Positions 18,810-27,674 of a DNA stretch of 64,000 nucleotides are shown one piece after another. How positions within the stretch are numbered: the stretch's first letter is position 1; every line of letters begins with the position of its first letter. Source of the DNA: Vicinamibacterales bacterium. GTDB taxonomy: Bacteria > Acidobacteriota > Vicinamibacteria > Vicinamibacterales > SCN-69-37. The notes under the pieces are model-generated. The model was not told the origin of the DNA, made no database searches, and saw only the letters and a program-made list of their open reading frames with translations. The position numbers and the translations under genes are program-made. The stretch lies in assembly GCA_035512575.1 (NCBI GenBank), contig DATKDT010000078.1:32896-96895 (forward strand). The letters run 5' to 3'.

Positions 18810-19922
18810 ATGAACTGGCCGGCTTCACAGCCGCTCGGCGTCGAACAGCCGCCGCCGGCGTACAGCCCTTATGCGGACCCCGCCGGACTCGGCGTGCGCA
18901 CAATCGGCTGCGGCACGTTCAGCGGCGACCTGCTCGAGGTGCTCCGCCTCACGGCCGAGCTCGGGGCGCCGGCGTCCATCGAGCCGCTCGTGCGCGAGCG
19001 GTGCGGCAGGTTCGCGTCGGCATCGCTCACGGGCCTCGCGCCCGTCGTCCGCGTCGAGCGCGCCTTCGACGGCAGGCTCGAGGTGTGGTCCCGCCAGGCA
19101 GAAGGGTTCCGCCTCGGCACCGTGCTCGAATGGATCGCGGCGCGCCAGACGGCCCCTCCGCTCGACGTGGCGCTGACCATCGGCGATCGGCTGCTCGCGT
19201 CGCTTGCGTCGCTGCAGGCGGTCGATCAGACGGAGGGCGCACCCGGGCACGGCGCGATTGCCGTCGATCAGATCGTCGTCAGTGAATCGGGCGCGCTCAC
19301 CCTCACCGATTACGCGTTCGGGACGACGCTGGCCGCGCTGCAGTGGCCGCGCGAGCAGCTGTGGCGGCGGTTCAGAATCGCCATGCCGCCGGCGGCGGGG
19401 CTGGCGCGCTTCGATCATCGCGTCGACGTGACGCAGGCCGCCGTGGTGATTGCCTCGCTGCTGGCCGGCCGGCTGCTCACGTCCGAGGAGTATCCGCGGC
19501 AGCTCGGGCCGATCCTTGCCGAGGCCGTCCGACGATCCTGTGCGGACGTGGACCGCCGCGACGGCGATCGCCTCTTCGTCTGGCTGCAGGCGGCCACCGA
19601 GCTCGACCCGCGCAGAGTCTTCCAGTCGGCCCAGCGGGCCCGCGAGGCGCTTCACGAGGCGCTCGGCCCGCGCCTGAGCGACACCGAGGGCATCGGCCGG
19701 TGGCTTCGCGCGGCGCGCGGCCTGCCCGAGACGCCGGCCCGTCCGCGGCCCGCGGCCGCTTCGTCGGCGCCGTCCGAGGCGCCCTCGTCCGAAGCGCCCT
19801 CGCCCGAGGCGGCCCCGTCCGAGGCGCCCTCGCCCGAGGCGCCCTCGCCCCAGACGGCCCCGTCCGAGGCCGTGCGGCCCGAGGCCGGCGCCCGGATCCG
19901 GCGCTGGCTGAAGTGGAGCTGA
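18810..19922 (+). CDS. Ser/Thr kinase-like fold protein with degenerate catalytic motifs (pseudokinase) and Pro/Ser/Glu/Ala repeat tail
   Basis: HGAIAVDQIVV.ESG.LTLTDYAFG aligns with HRDIKPENIL..G.VKLTDFG; DHRVDV and LDPRRVFQSA resemble subdomains IX and XI. Confidence 0.6.
   Translation: MNWPASQPLGVEQPPPAYSPYADPAGLGVRTIGCGTFSGDLLEVLRLTAELGAPASIEPLVRERCGRFASASLTGLAPVVRVERAFDGRLEVWSRQAEGFRLGTVLEWIAARQTAPPLDVALTIGDRLLASLASLQAVDQTEGAPGHGAIAVDQIVVSESGALTLTDYAFGTTLAALQWPREQLWRRFRIAMPPAAGLARFDHRVDVTQAAVVIASLLAGRLLTSEEYPRQLGPILAEAVRRSCADVDRRDGDRLFVWLQAATELDPRRVFQSAQRAREALHEALGPRLSDTEGIGRWLRAARGLPETPARPRPAAASSAPSEAPSSEAPSPEAAPSEAPSPEAPSPQTAPSEAVRPEAGARIRRWLKWS
19767..19871 (+). repeat. 15-bp in-frame tandem repeat, about 7 copies
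   Basis: Encodes APSEA PSSEA PSPEA APSEA PSPEA PSPQT APSEA. Confidence 0.8.
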
Positions 19923-19977
19923 GCCGGTGGTAGACTCCCGCCTTCGCGTCTACTTCCGTCTTCTCAAGGAGAGTCCC

Positions 19978-20502
19978 ATGTTCCGCGCCAGCCGCGTCCT
20001 GTGTGCCGCCGTCGTCTGTCTCTCGATCCCCATGTCCGCCGCCGGGCAGCCGGCCGCCGACGGCTACCGGCTCCCGTACGACATCGTCAAGGGCAACATC
20101 ACCAAGGCCGCCGAGCAGATGAGCGAGGCCGACTACGCCTTCAAGCCGACGCCCGACGTCCGCAGCTTCGGCCAGCTGCTCGGCCACATCGCCAACGCCA
20201 ATTTCATGATCTGCTCGATGGCCAGCGGCGAGAAGTCGACCGCCTCCGGGGATGCCGAGAAGCTCGCCACCAAAGCTGAGATCCAGAAGGCGCTGGCCGA
20301 TTCATTCGCGTTCTGCGACAAGGCCTGGACGGTCGTGGGCGGCGAGCGCGCCTCGGCTCCGGTCGACCTGTTCGGCATGAAGTTCAACGCCGCGAGCGCG
20401 ATGTCGTTCAATTCCGCGCACGACTGGGAACACTACGGCAACATCGTCACTTACATGCGGCTGAAGGGCATGGTCCCGCCTTCGAGCCAGGGTCGAAATT
20501 AG
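19978..20502 (+). CDS. Secreted DinB-family protein
   Basis: AGGAG RBS; TG-g-TAGACT at 19928-19936; signal peptide; FKPTPDVRSFGQLLGHIA and H.WEHYGN...YMRLKG.VPPSS. Confidence 0.85.
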   Translation: MFRASRVLCAAVVCLSIPMSAAGQPAADGYRLPYDIVKGNITKAAEQMSEADYAFKPTPDVRSFGQLLGHIANANFMICSMASGEKSTASGDAEKLATKAEIQKALADSFAFCDKAWTVVGGERASAPVDLFGMKFNAASAMSFNSAHDWEHYGNIVTYMRLKGMVPPSSQGRN

Positions 20503-20549
20503 GGTCTATACACCGGGGAAGCACTTTGGTATTCTGCGCGCCTTCAGCC

Positions 20550-21809
20550 ATGCAGCACTTGCGTCTTCCGCTCCTCGGGCTCCTCCTCTGTACGGGCGTT
20601 GCGGCCTGTTCGGAGCGCTCCGCCGCACCGCCGGCGGCCCAGCCAGCTCAGGCGCGGGCCGACGTGCGCCTGGGAGTGGATCTCGAGACCATCGAGTCGC
20701 GCGTCCCGCGCAACGCCACGCTGCATTCACTGCTGACCCGGCACATTCCGGCGGATCTCGCGGGTTCGGTGGCCGCTGCCGCCATCGGCGTGTTCAACCC
20801 CCGCGAGCTTCGCGCCGACAATCCCTACCGCCTGGTGCGGTCGATCAGCGACGGCATCCTCCGCGAGTTCGAGCTGCAGATCGACGCCGACCGGTTCCTG
20901 CGCGTCGTCATGCGCCAGAAGGACGGCGAAGACGTGCCGATGGCGGAAGTCGTCCCCTACAAGAAGGAGACGACGATCGCGTCGATCACCGCGATGGTCG
21001 ACGGCGCGCACAGCTCGCTGATCGGCGCGCTGCAGGGCGCGGGGGAGGGCGTGCAGCTCGGCATCGCGCTCGCGAAGATCTTCGAGGGCGACATCGACTT
21101 TGCCAGCGACATCCAGCGCGGCGATCGCTTCGAGATTCTGTTCGAGAAGATCCTGCGCGACGGCGAGTACGCCGGGTACGGCGAGATTCTCGGCGCGGTC
21201 GTCGAGAACGACGGCCGCCGGCTGACCGCCATTCGCTTCGAGGGCGCCGACGGCAGCGCCGGCTACTACGACGAGAAGGGCCGGTCGCTGACGCGCAGGT
21301 TCCTGCGCGCGCCGCTCGACATTGCCGCGCGCATCACGTCCGGCTTCAACAAGCGCCGCCTGCACCCCGTGCACGGCACCTACCGGCCGCATCTCGCGAT
21401 TGACTACGGCGCCCCGTACGGAACGAAGGTCGTATCGGTGGCCGAAGGCACGGTCGTCTCGGCGGGCTGGGCGGGTGGCGGCGGCAAGCAGGTGCGCATC
21501 CGCCATGCGGGCGGCTACGAGTCGTACTACCTGCACCTGTCGGCATTCGGCCCGGGCATCCGCGCGGGCGTGCGGGTGAAGCAGGGCCAGATGATCGGAC
21601 GCGTGGGCGCCACGGGCACCGCCACGGGCCCGCACCTCGACTACCGCCTCAAGAAGAACGGCCAGTGGATCAACCCCCTGGCCGAGGCGCGCCGCATGCC
21701 GTCGGGCGAGCCGCTCTCGCCGGTGCGCCGCGCGGCTTTCGAAGCCGAACGCGACGAGATTCTGGGCCGGCTCGTCAGCAACTCGACGGTCAGCAGAGCC
21801 AGCAATTAG
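20550..21809 (+). CDS. M23 peptidoglycan DD-metalloendopeptidase (MepM-like), probable lipoprotein
   Basis: Lipobox GVAAC; RLHPV...RPHLAIDYGAP, YLHLS, ATGPHLDY; TG-g-TATTCT at 20527-20535. Confidence 0.88.
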   Translation: MQHLRLPLLGLLLCTGVAACSERSAAPPAAQPAQARADVRLGVDLETIESRVPRNATLHSLLTRHIPADLAGSVAAAAIGVFNPRELRADNPYRLVRSISDGILREFELQIDADRFLRVVMRQKDGEDVPMAEVVPYKKETTIASITAMVDGAHSSLIGALQGAGEGVQLGIALAKIFEGDIDFASDIQRGDRFEILFEKILRDGEYAGYGEILGAVVENDGRRLTAIRFEGADGSAGYYDEKGRSLTRRFLRAPLDIAARITSGFNKRRLHPVHGTYRPHLAIDYGAPYGTKVVSVAEGTVVSAGWAGGGGKQVRIRHAGGYESYYLHLSAFGPGIRAGVRVKQGQMIGRVGATGTATGPHLDYRLKKNGQWINPLAEARRMPSGEPLSPVRRAAFEAERDEILGRLVSNSTVSRASN

Positions 21810-21826
21810 CAGATAATCGGGGGCTG

Positions 21827-23038
21827 ATGTCCGTCATCAGACCCTTCAGGGCCCTGCGGCCCACTCCGGAGGCCGCCGTGCGCGTGGCCTCGGTTCCCTA
21901 CGACGTCGTCAGCACCGGCGAGGCGCGCGCACTGGCCGCGGGCAATCCCCTCAGTTTCCTCCGCGTCACGCGATCCGAACTCGATCTGCCCGAGGGGGCC
22001 GATCCCTACTCGGATGCCGTGTACGCCCAGGCCAGGGCGAACCTCGACGCCCTCCGTGCCGCGGCGCCGCTGGTGACCGAAGAGGCGCCGTCGATCTATT
22101 TCTACCGGCTGCGCATGGGCGAGCACGAGCAGACCGGCGTCGCCGCGTGCTTCCCGGTCGACGAGTACGACAGGGATCTGATCAAGAAACACGAGAAGAC
22201 GCGGCCCGACAAGGAAGACGACCGTACGCGGCACATCGTCGAGACGCGCGCCCAGACGGGCGTCGTGTTCCTGACCTATCATGCGTCGCCCGACATCGAT
22301 CGTCTCGAGGCGGCGGCCTGCGCCGGAGCGCCGCTGTTCGATCTGACGGCGCCCGACGGCGTGCGCCACATGGTGTGGAAGGCCTCGGGCGCGGGGGCGC
22401 AGGCCGTGGTCGACGCCTTCAGGCGCGTGCCGGCGTTGTACATCGCCGACGGCCATCATCGCGCGGCGAGCGCGGCACGGGCGCGCACCGCGCTCGGCTC
22501 CAGGAGCAAGGAAGCGGCGTGGTTCATTGCCGTCGCCTTCCCCGACAATCAGATGCAGATCCTCCCCTACAACCGGGTGGTGAAGGATCTTGCCGGCTAC
22601 ACGCCCGAGAAGTTTCTCGACGCCCTTTCCGGCCTCGTGGCCGTCACCGCCGGCACGCCCACCCCGGCCGGCCGGGGCCGGGTGGCGATGTACCTGAAGG
22701 ACGCATGGCACGAGCTCGACCTGCGCGGGCTGGCGCCCGAGACCACCGATCCGGCCGACGGGCTCGATGTGGCGGTGCTCGAGCGGCACGTGCTGCGCGA
22801 ACTGCTGGACATCCAGGATGTGCGCACCGACAAGCGGATCGACTTCGTCGGGGGGATCCGCGGCACCGCGGAGCTCGAGGCGCGCGTCAACGGCGGGCAG
22901 GCGGCGGTCGCCTTTGCCATGCATCCCGTGACGATCGACGATTTGATGCGGGTGTCCGACACCGGCGGCATCATGCCGCCCAAATCCACGTGGTTCGAGC
23001 CGAAATTGCGCGACGGCCTGTTGGTGCATGCACTCTGA
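21827..23038 (+). CDS. DUF1015 family protein
   Basis: IRPFRALRP, PYDVV, IKKHEKT, YIADGHHR, MPPKSTWFEPKLRDGL. Confidence 0.9.
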   Translation: MSVIRPFRALRPTPEAAVRVASVPYDVVSTGEARALAAGNPLSFLRVTRSELDLPEGADPYSDAVYAQARANLDALRAAAPLVTEEAPSIYFYRLRMGEHEQTGVAACFPVDEYDRDLIKKHEKTRPDKEDDRTRHIVETRAQTGVVFLTYHASPDIDRLEAAACAGAPLFDLTAPDGVRHMVWKASGAGAQAVVDAFRRVPALYIADGHHRAASAARARTALGSRSKEAAWFIAVAFPDNQMQILPYNRVVKDLAGYTPEKFLDALSGLVAVTAGTPTPAGRGRVAMYLKDAWHELDLRGLAPETTDPADGLDVAVLERHVLRELLDIQDVRTDKRIDFVGGIRGTAELEARVNGGQAAVAFAMHPVTIDDLMRVSDTGGIMPPKSTWFEPKLRDGLLVHAL

Positions 23039-23057
23039 TGGCTGCCGGTAACCGGAT

Positions 23058-24308
23058 ATGAAAGTCCTCATCGCCGACAAATTCGAGAAGAGCGGCATCG
23101 CCGGCCTCGAGGCCGCGGGCTGCGAGGTCGTGTACGAGCCCGACCTGAAGGACGACACGCTCGCGAAGGCGATCGGCGACACGGGCGCCGGCGTGCTCGT
23201 GGTGCGCAGTACGAAGGTCACCGAGCCGATGCTCGACGCCGGACGGCTGTCGCTGGTCGTGCGCGCCGGGGCCGGGTACAACACCATCGACGTCGCTGCC
23301 GCCTCGAAGCGCGGCATCTACGTGTCGAACTGTCCGGGCAAGAACGCCATCGCGGTTGCGGAGCTCACGTGGGCGCTGCTGCTGGCCGTGGACCGGCGCA
23401 TTCCCGACAACGTCGCCGACCTGCGCGCCGGCAAGTGGAACAAGAAGGAATATTCGAAGGCCCGCGGTCTGTACGGCCAGACGCTGGGCGTGCTCGGGGC
23501 GGGGAACATCGCGGCGGAGGTCATCAGGCGCGCCGCGGCGTTCGGCATGCCTGTCGTGCTCTGGAGCCGCCGGTTCGACGGGCGGTCGGGCCCGCTGCCG
23601 GAGGCCGACGCGGCCGCGGCGGGGCTCGACGGGGCCGCGCGCCAGACCACGATCACCCTCGCGCCCACGCCGGCCGCCGTCGCGGAACAGGCCGACGTGC
23701 TCAGCATCCATCTCGCGCTCGGCAAGGAAACGCGCGGGCTCGTCAACGACGAGGTGCTGTCGAAGCTGAAGCCGGGCGCCGTCGTCATCAACACCGCGCG
23801 CGGCGAAGTGCTCGACCAGGACGCGCTCGCGCGCGCCGTCGGCGAGCGGGGCGTGCGCGCCGGCCTCGACGTCTTCGCCGCCGAGCCCACGGGCGCCACG
23901 GGCGACTTCGCCGACGCCATCGTGAAGCAGCCGGGCGTGTACGGCACGCATCACATCGGCGCCTCCACCGATCAGGCGCAGGAGGCGATTGCCGCCGAGA
24001 CGGTGCGCATCATCCGCGCCTTCAAGGACACCGGCCGCGTGCCCAACGTGGTCAACCTGGCGCGGCAGACGCTGGCGCGCTACCGGCTGATCGTGCGCCA
24101 CCGCGACCGGCCCGGCGTGCTCGCGCACGTCTTCGATCATCTGCGCGAAGGCAACATCAACGTGCAGGAAACCGAGAACATCGTCTTCGAAGGAGCCGAG
24201 GCGGCCGTGGCGAGCATCAACCTCGACGGCGCGCCCGACGCGGCGCTGCTCGATCGCATCCGCGGCGGCAACGCCGACGTGCTCGATCTGCAGCTGGTGA
24301 CCGTATGA
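23058..24308 (+). CDS. serA: D-3-phosphoglycerate dehydrogenase with ACT domain
   Basis: VVRS, RAGAGYNTID, NAIAVAE, G.GNIA, INTARG, HIGAST..AQ, C-terminal HRDRPGVL; lies next to serC. Confidence 0.8.
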   Translation: MKVLIADKFEKSGIAGLEAAGCEVVYEPDLKDDTLAKAIGDTGAGVLVVRSTKVTEPMLDAGRLSLVVRAGAGYNTIDVAAASKRGIYVSNCPGKNAIAVAELTWALLLAVDRRIPDNVADLRAGKWNKKEYSKARGLYGQTLGVLGAGNIAAEVIRRAAAFGMPVVLWSRRFDGRSGPLPEADAAAAGLDGAARQTTITLAPTPAAVAEQADVLSIHLALGKETRGLVNDEVLSKLKPGAVVINTARGEVLDQDALARAVGERGVRAGLDVFAAEPTGATGDFADAIVKQPGVYGTHHIGASTDQAQEAIAAETVRIIRAFKDTGRVPNVVNLARQTLARYRLIVRHRDRPGVLAHVFDHLREGNINVQETENIVFEGAEAAVASINLDGAPDAALLDRIRGGNADVLDLQLVTV

Positions 24309-25396
24309 ACACCAAGGAACGCATCTTCAACTTCTCCGCCGGTCCCGCCGTGCTGCCGCTTGCCGTGCTCGAAGAGGCGCAGCGCGACCTGATGTCCCTG
24401 CCGGGTGTCGGCATGTCGGTGCTCGAGATCAGCCATCGCTCGAAGCCGTTCGACGAGATTATTCAGGGCGCCGAAGCGGACATCCGCGCGCTGGCCGGCA
24501 TTTCAGGCGACTACGAGGTTCTCTTTCTGCAGGGCGGCGCCAGCCTCCAGTTCTCGATGGTGCCGATGAACCTGCTGCTGCCCGGCACGACGGCCGACTA
24601 CGTGATCACGGGCGTCTGGTCGCAGAAGGCGTTGAAGGAGGCAAAGCGCGTCGGGACGGTGCATGTGGCCGCGACAACCGAAGCGGACAACTTCACGCAC
24701 GTGCCCGCCCAGGGCGATCTGAAGCTGACCGGCGACGCCGCGTACGTGCACGTGACGTCGAACAACACGATCTACGGCACGCAGTGGCGCACGCTGCCCG
24801 ACGCGGGCGGGCGGCCGCTCGTCAACGACGCCTCCTCGGACATCTTCTCGCAGCCGATCGACGTGGCGCGGCACGGCCTGATCTACGCCGGGGCGCAGAA
24901 GAACCTCGCGCCGGCCGGCCTCACGCTCGTCATTATCCGGAAGGACCTGCTCGAGCGCACGCAGGCGTCGGTGCCGACGATGCTGAGCTACAAGGTGCAC
25001 GCCGAGAACACGTCGCTGTTCAACACGCCGCCGGTCTTCGCCATCTACGTGCTGCGGCTCGTGCTGAAATGGCTGCGCGCCAACGGCGGGCTCGAGGCGA
25101 TGGCGGAGCAGAACGCGCGCAAGGCCGGACTTCTCTATGCCGAGATCGACCGCGGCGGCTTCTATCGGGGCCACGCGCGGCCCGACAGCCGGTCGTGGAT
25201 GAACGTCACCTTCCGTCTGCCGAACGAGGCGCTGGAGAAGCAGTTCGTGAAGGAATCGACCGCGGCCGGCTTCGATGGACTGAAGGGCCACCGCTCGGTG
25301 GGCGGGCTGCGCGCGTCGATCTACAACGCCTTCCCCGAGGAAGGCGTCGCGGCGCTCGTCGAGTTCATGCGCGAATTCGAGCGCACGAACGGCTAA
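24305..25396 (+). CDS. serC: Phosphoserine aminotransferase
   Basis: FNFSAGPAVLP, EISHRS, LQGGASLQF, YAGAQKN, LKGHRSVGGLRASIYNA. Confidence 0.95.
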   Translation: MNTKERIFNFSAGPAVLPLAVLEEAQRDLMSLPGVGMSVLEISHRSKPFDEIIQGAEADIRALAGISGDYEVLFLQGGASLQFSMVPMNLLLPGTTADYVITGVWSQKALKEAKRVGTVHVAATTEADNFTHVPAQGDLKLTGDAAYVHVTSNNTIYGTQWRTLPDAGGRPLVNDASSDIFSQPIDVARHGLIYAGAQKNLAPAGLTLVIIRKDLLERTQASVPTMLSYKVHAENTSLFNTPPVFAIYVLRLVLKWLRANGGLEAMAEQNARKAGLLYAEIDRGGFYRGHARPDSRSWMNVTFRLPNEALEKQFVKESTAAGFDGLKGHRSVGGLRASIYNAFPEEGVAALVEFMREFERTNG

Positions 25397-25424
25397 ATCT
25401 TTGAATCATCAAGTCACAAATCAT
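25394..25424 (+). repeat. Degenerate octamer array between convergent serC and pcnB stops
   Basis: TAAATCTT TGAATCAT CAAGTCA CAAATCAT; resembles the reverse complement of the 8691 array. Confidence 0.5.
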
Positions 25425-26773
25425 CATTGAGGGGCCGGTCCGCGGCGGTTCCGGCTGCCGCCGCGCCGGCGCCTGCGGCGCCTGCGGCGGTCGGTCGAGG
25501 GCGGGCCGCCCGGGCCGCCGCCCGGTTCGTGCTCGTGCGGAGCCGCGCTCCCGTGCTCGGCCTTCTGCTCCTTCCAGACCTCGATCAGATCGGGGTCCGT
25601 GCCGAAGATTTCCAGCCAGGTCAGGGTCTCGTCGAATGCGGGGCGATGCACGATGCTGCGCTGCTGGCGCACGGAGAGCGCCTGTTCGTGGAGGCGCGGC
25701 ACGAGCATGGTGATGTGCCGGAAGCCGTCGACGTCGCGCCGCGCGAGCGGCAGCATGCCGATCGACACGCGCTCGGACAGCGGCTCGCGGATGCGCTTGC
25801 CCGGCGGCGCCGGACGCGCGGGCCTCGGCGGCGGCGCCTCGGCCGGAAGGAGCCCGAGCGGGCCGACGAGCGCGCCGACCAGAATCGGATTCGTGAGCGA
25901 CGCCGGGATCTCCGGGTGCTGGCGGCGCCAGGCGTCGAGCGAGATCAGGCTTTCGTAGAAGCGCTCGCCGGCGCCCGCCAGCTCCGGCGTGACCAGCTCC
26001 AGCAGGCCGGTTTCGTCGAGCGCGTGAAACGTCTTTGCCGCCGCGCCCGAGCGCAGGATCTTGTAGTACTCCTCGATCATCCGCGCCGGAGACGCATGCC
26101 GAATCAGCTCTCGGTGGCGCTCGATGGCGGCAATCACGTCGGGATCGAGCTGGAAGTCCAGCCGCGAGGCCATCACCACGGCCCGCAGCATCCGCACGGG
26201 ATCCTCGACGAAGCGCACGTTGGGATCGCCGATCGAGCGAATCACGCGCCGCGTCAAATCGTCGAGGCCGCCGACGTAGTCGATCACCGAGAACGACGCG
26301 ATGTCGTAGAACATGCCGTTGACCGTGAAGTCGCGGCGGAAGGCGTCCTCTTCGGGCGTCCCGAAGCTGTTGTCGCGGTGGATGAACGCGACGTTGTCGG
26401 CAATGGCGCTCGTCTGCTCGGCGGCGGGCGCATCGGGCGTGTCGGCCGGCTCGCCCGGCAGGTCGGCGACCTGGCGCCGGAACGTCGCCACCTCGATGGT
26501 CTTCAGGCCGAACTTCACGTGCGCGAGCCGGAAGCGGCGCCCGATGATCCAGCAGTTGCGGAAAAGCTTCTTGATCTCGTACGGGTGCGCGCTCGTGCCG
26601 ATGTCGAAGTCCTTCGGCCGGCGGCCGAGCATCAGGTCGCGCACGCTGCCGCCCACCAGATACGCGACGTAGCCGTGCTCGCGCAGCCGGTAGAGCACCT
26701 TGAGCGCGTCGGGATCGATGTCGCGGCGGGAGATCGTGTGTTCGGAGCGCGGGAGGACGGTCGGCTCCATCAT
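25424..26773 (-). CDS. pcnB: Poly(A) polymerase I (PcnB), nucleotidyltransferase
   Basis: LVGGSVRD, PKDFDI, PAP-type IIGRRFRLAHV, RRDFTVN, EDPVRMLR; Arg-rich tail. TATAAT on minus strand at 26786-26791. Confidence 0.88.
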   Translation of the reverse strand: MMEPTVLPRSEHTISRRDIDPDALKVLYRLREHGYVAYLVGGSVRDLMLGRRPKDFDIGTSAHPYEIKKLFRNCWIIGRRFRLAHVKFGLKTIEVATFRRQVADLPGEPADTPDAPAAEQTSAIADNVAFIHRDNSFGTPEEDAFRRDFTVNGMFYDIASFSVIDYVGGLDDLTRRVIRSIGDPNVRFVEDPVRMLRAVVMASRLDFQLDPDVIAAIERHRELIRHASPARMIEEYYKILRSGAAAKTFHALDETGLLELVTPELAGAGERFYESLISLDAWRRQHPEIPASLTNPILVGALVGPLGLLPAEAPPPRPARPAPPGKRIREPLSERVSIGMLPLARRDVDGFRHITMLVPRLHEQALSVRQQRSIVHRPAFDETLTWLEIFGTDPDLIEVWKEQKAEHGSAAPHEHEPGGGPGGPPSTDRRRRRRRRRGGSRNRRGPAPQ

Positions 26774-26816
26774 AGTCGCGGAACGATTATAGCCAGTGCT
26801 AGGATGGCCCGTGGGC

Positions 26817-27650
26817 ATGCGGACGATTCCCTGCGTATTTCTGGCGCTCCTCATGGCGGCCGGCACGGCCTTCGCGCAGGAGCCCGATCCGGTTGCGTCG
26901 GCGGCAGCGGCCGCGCGCGTCCACTACAACGCCGGGCGCACCGCCGAGGCGCTCGCGACCGTCCAGCCGTTCGTGACCCGGCCGGGCGAGCCCGCCGCGG
27001 CGGCGCTCGTTGCGGCGCGCGCGCTGCTCGAGCGCTACCGTGTGAGCGCCGACCCGGCCGACCTGTCCGCCGCGCGCGTGCACCTGCGCGCCATCGACGC
27101 CGCGGATCTCGACGACGCGCAGAAGCGCGAGCTGGTGGTCGGCCTCGCAGAGGCGCTGTATTTCGAGGATGCCTTCGCGCCTGCCGCCGAGCTGTTCGAC
27201 GCCGCCCTGGGCCCGGCCGGCGGCGCCGGCTCGCTTGCGGGCGACGCGCGCGAGCGCGCGCTCGACTGGTGGGCCACGTCGCTCGATCGGCACGCGCAGC
27301 TGCTGCCGCTTGCCGAGCGGCGCGTGATCTACCGCCGCATCGCCGATCGCATGGAGAAGGAGAGCGGCGAGTTTCCGACCTCCACTCCGGCGGCGTACTG
27401 GCTGGCGGCCGCCGCGCGCGGGGCCGGCGAGCTCGATCGCGCCTGGGCCGCGGCCATTGCCGCCTGGGTGCGCGCCTCGATGATGCGCGACCGCGGCGCC
27501 GCGCTGCGCGCCGACATCGATCGGCTCGCCCAGCAGGCGCTCATTCCCGAGCGCGCCCGCGCGCTCCGGCTCACGCAGAAGGACACCGACGAGGCCGTCG
27601 CCGCGCTCACCGCCGAGTGGGAATTAATCAAGAAAACCTGGAGCCGATAG
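26817..27650 (+). CDS. Hypothetical secreted alpha-helical (TPR-like) protein
   Basis: Signal peptide ending AFA-Q; helical Ala/Leu pattern; TG-c-TAGGAT at 26797-26805. Alternative start is GTG 26811. Confidence 0.65.
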   Translation: MRTIPCVFLALLMAAGTAFAQEPDPVASAAAAARVHYNAGRTAEALATVQPFVTRPGEPAAAALVAARALLERYRVSADPADLSAARVHLRAIDAADLDDAQKRELVVGLAEALYFEDAFAPAAELFDAALGPAGGAGSLAGDARERALDWWATSLDRHAQLLPLAERRVIYRRIADRMEKESGEFPTSTPAAYWLAAAARGAGELDRAWAAAIAAWVRASMMRDRGAALRADIDRLAQQALIPERARALRLTQKDTDEAVAALTAEWELIKKTWSR

Positions 27651-27651
27651 C

Positions 27652-27674
27652 GATCGCGCGATTCCGGCGCGATC
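27652..27674. terminator. Hairpin between convergent genes
   Basis: GATCGCGC-gattccg-GCGCGATC; no U tract. Confidence 0.35.
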
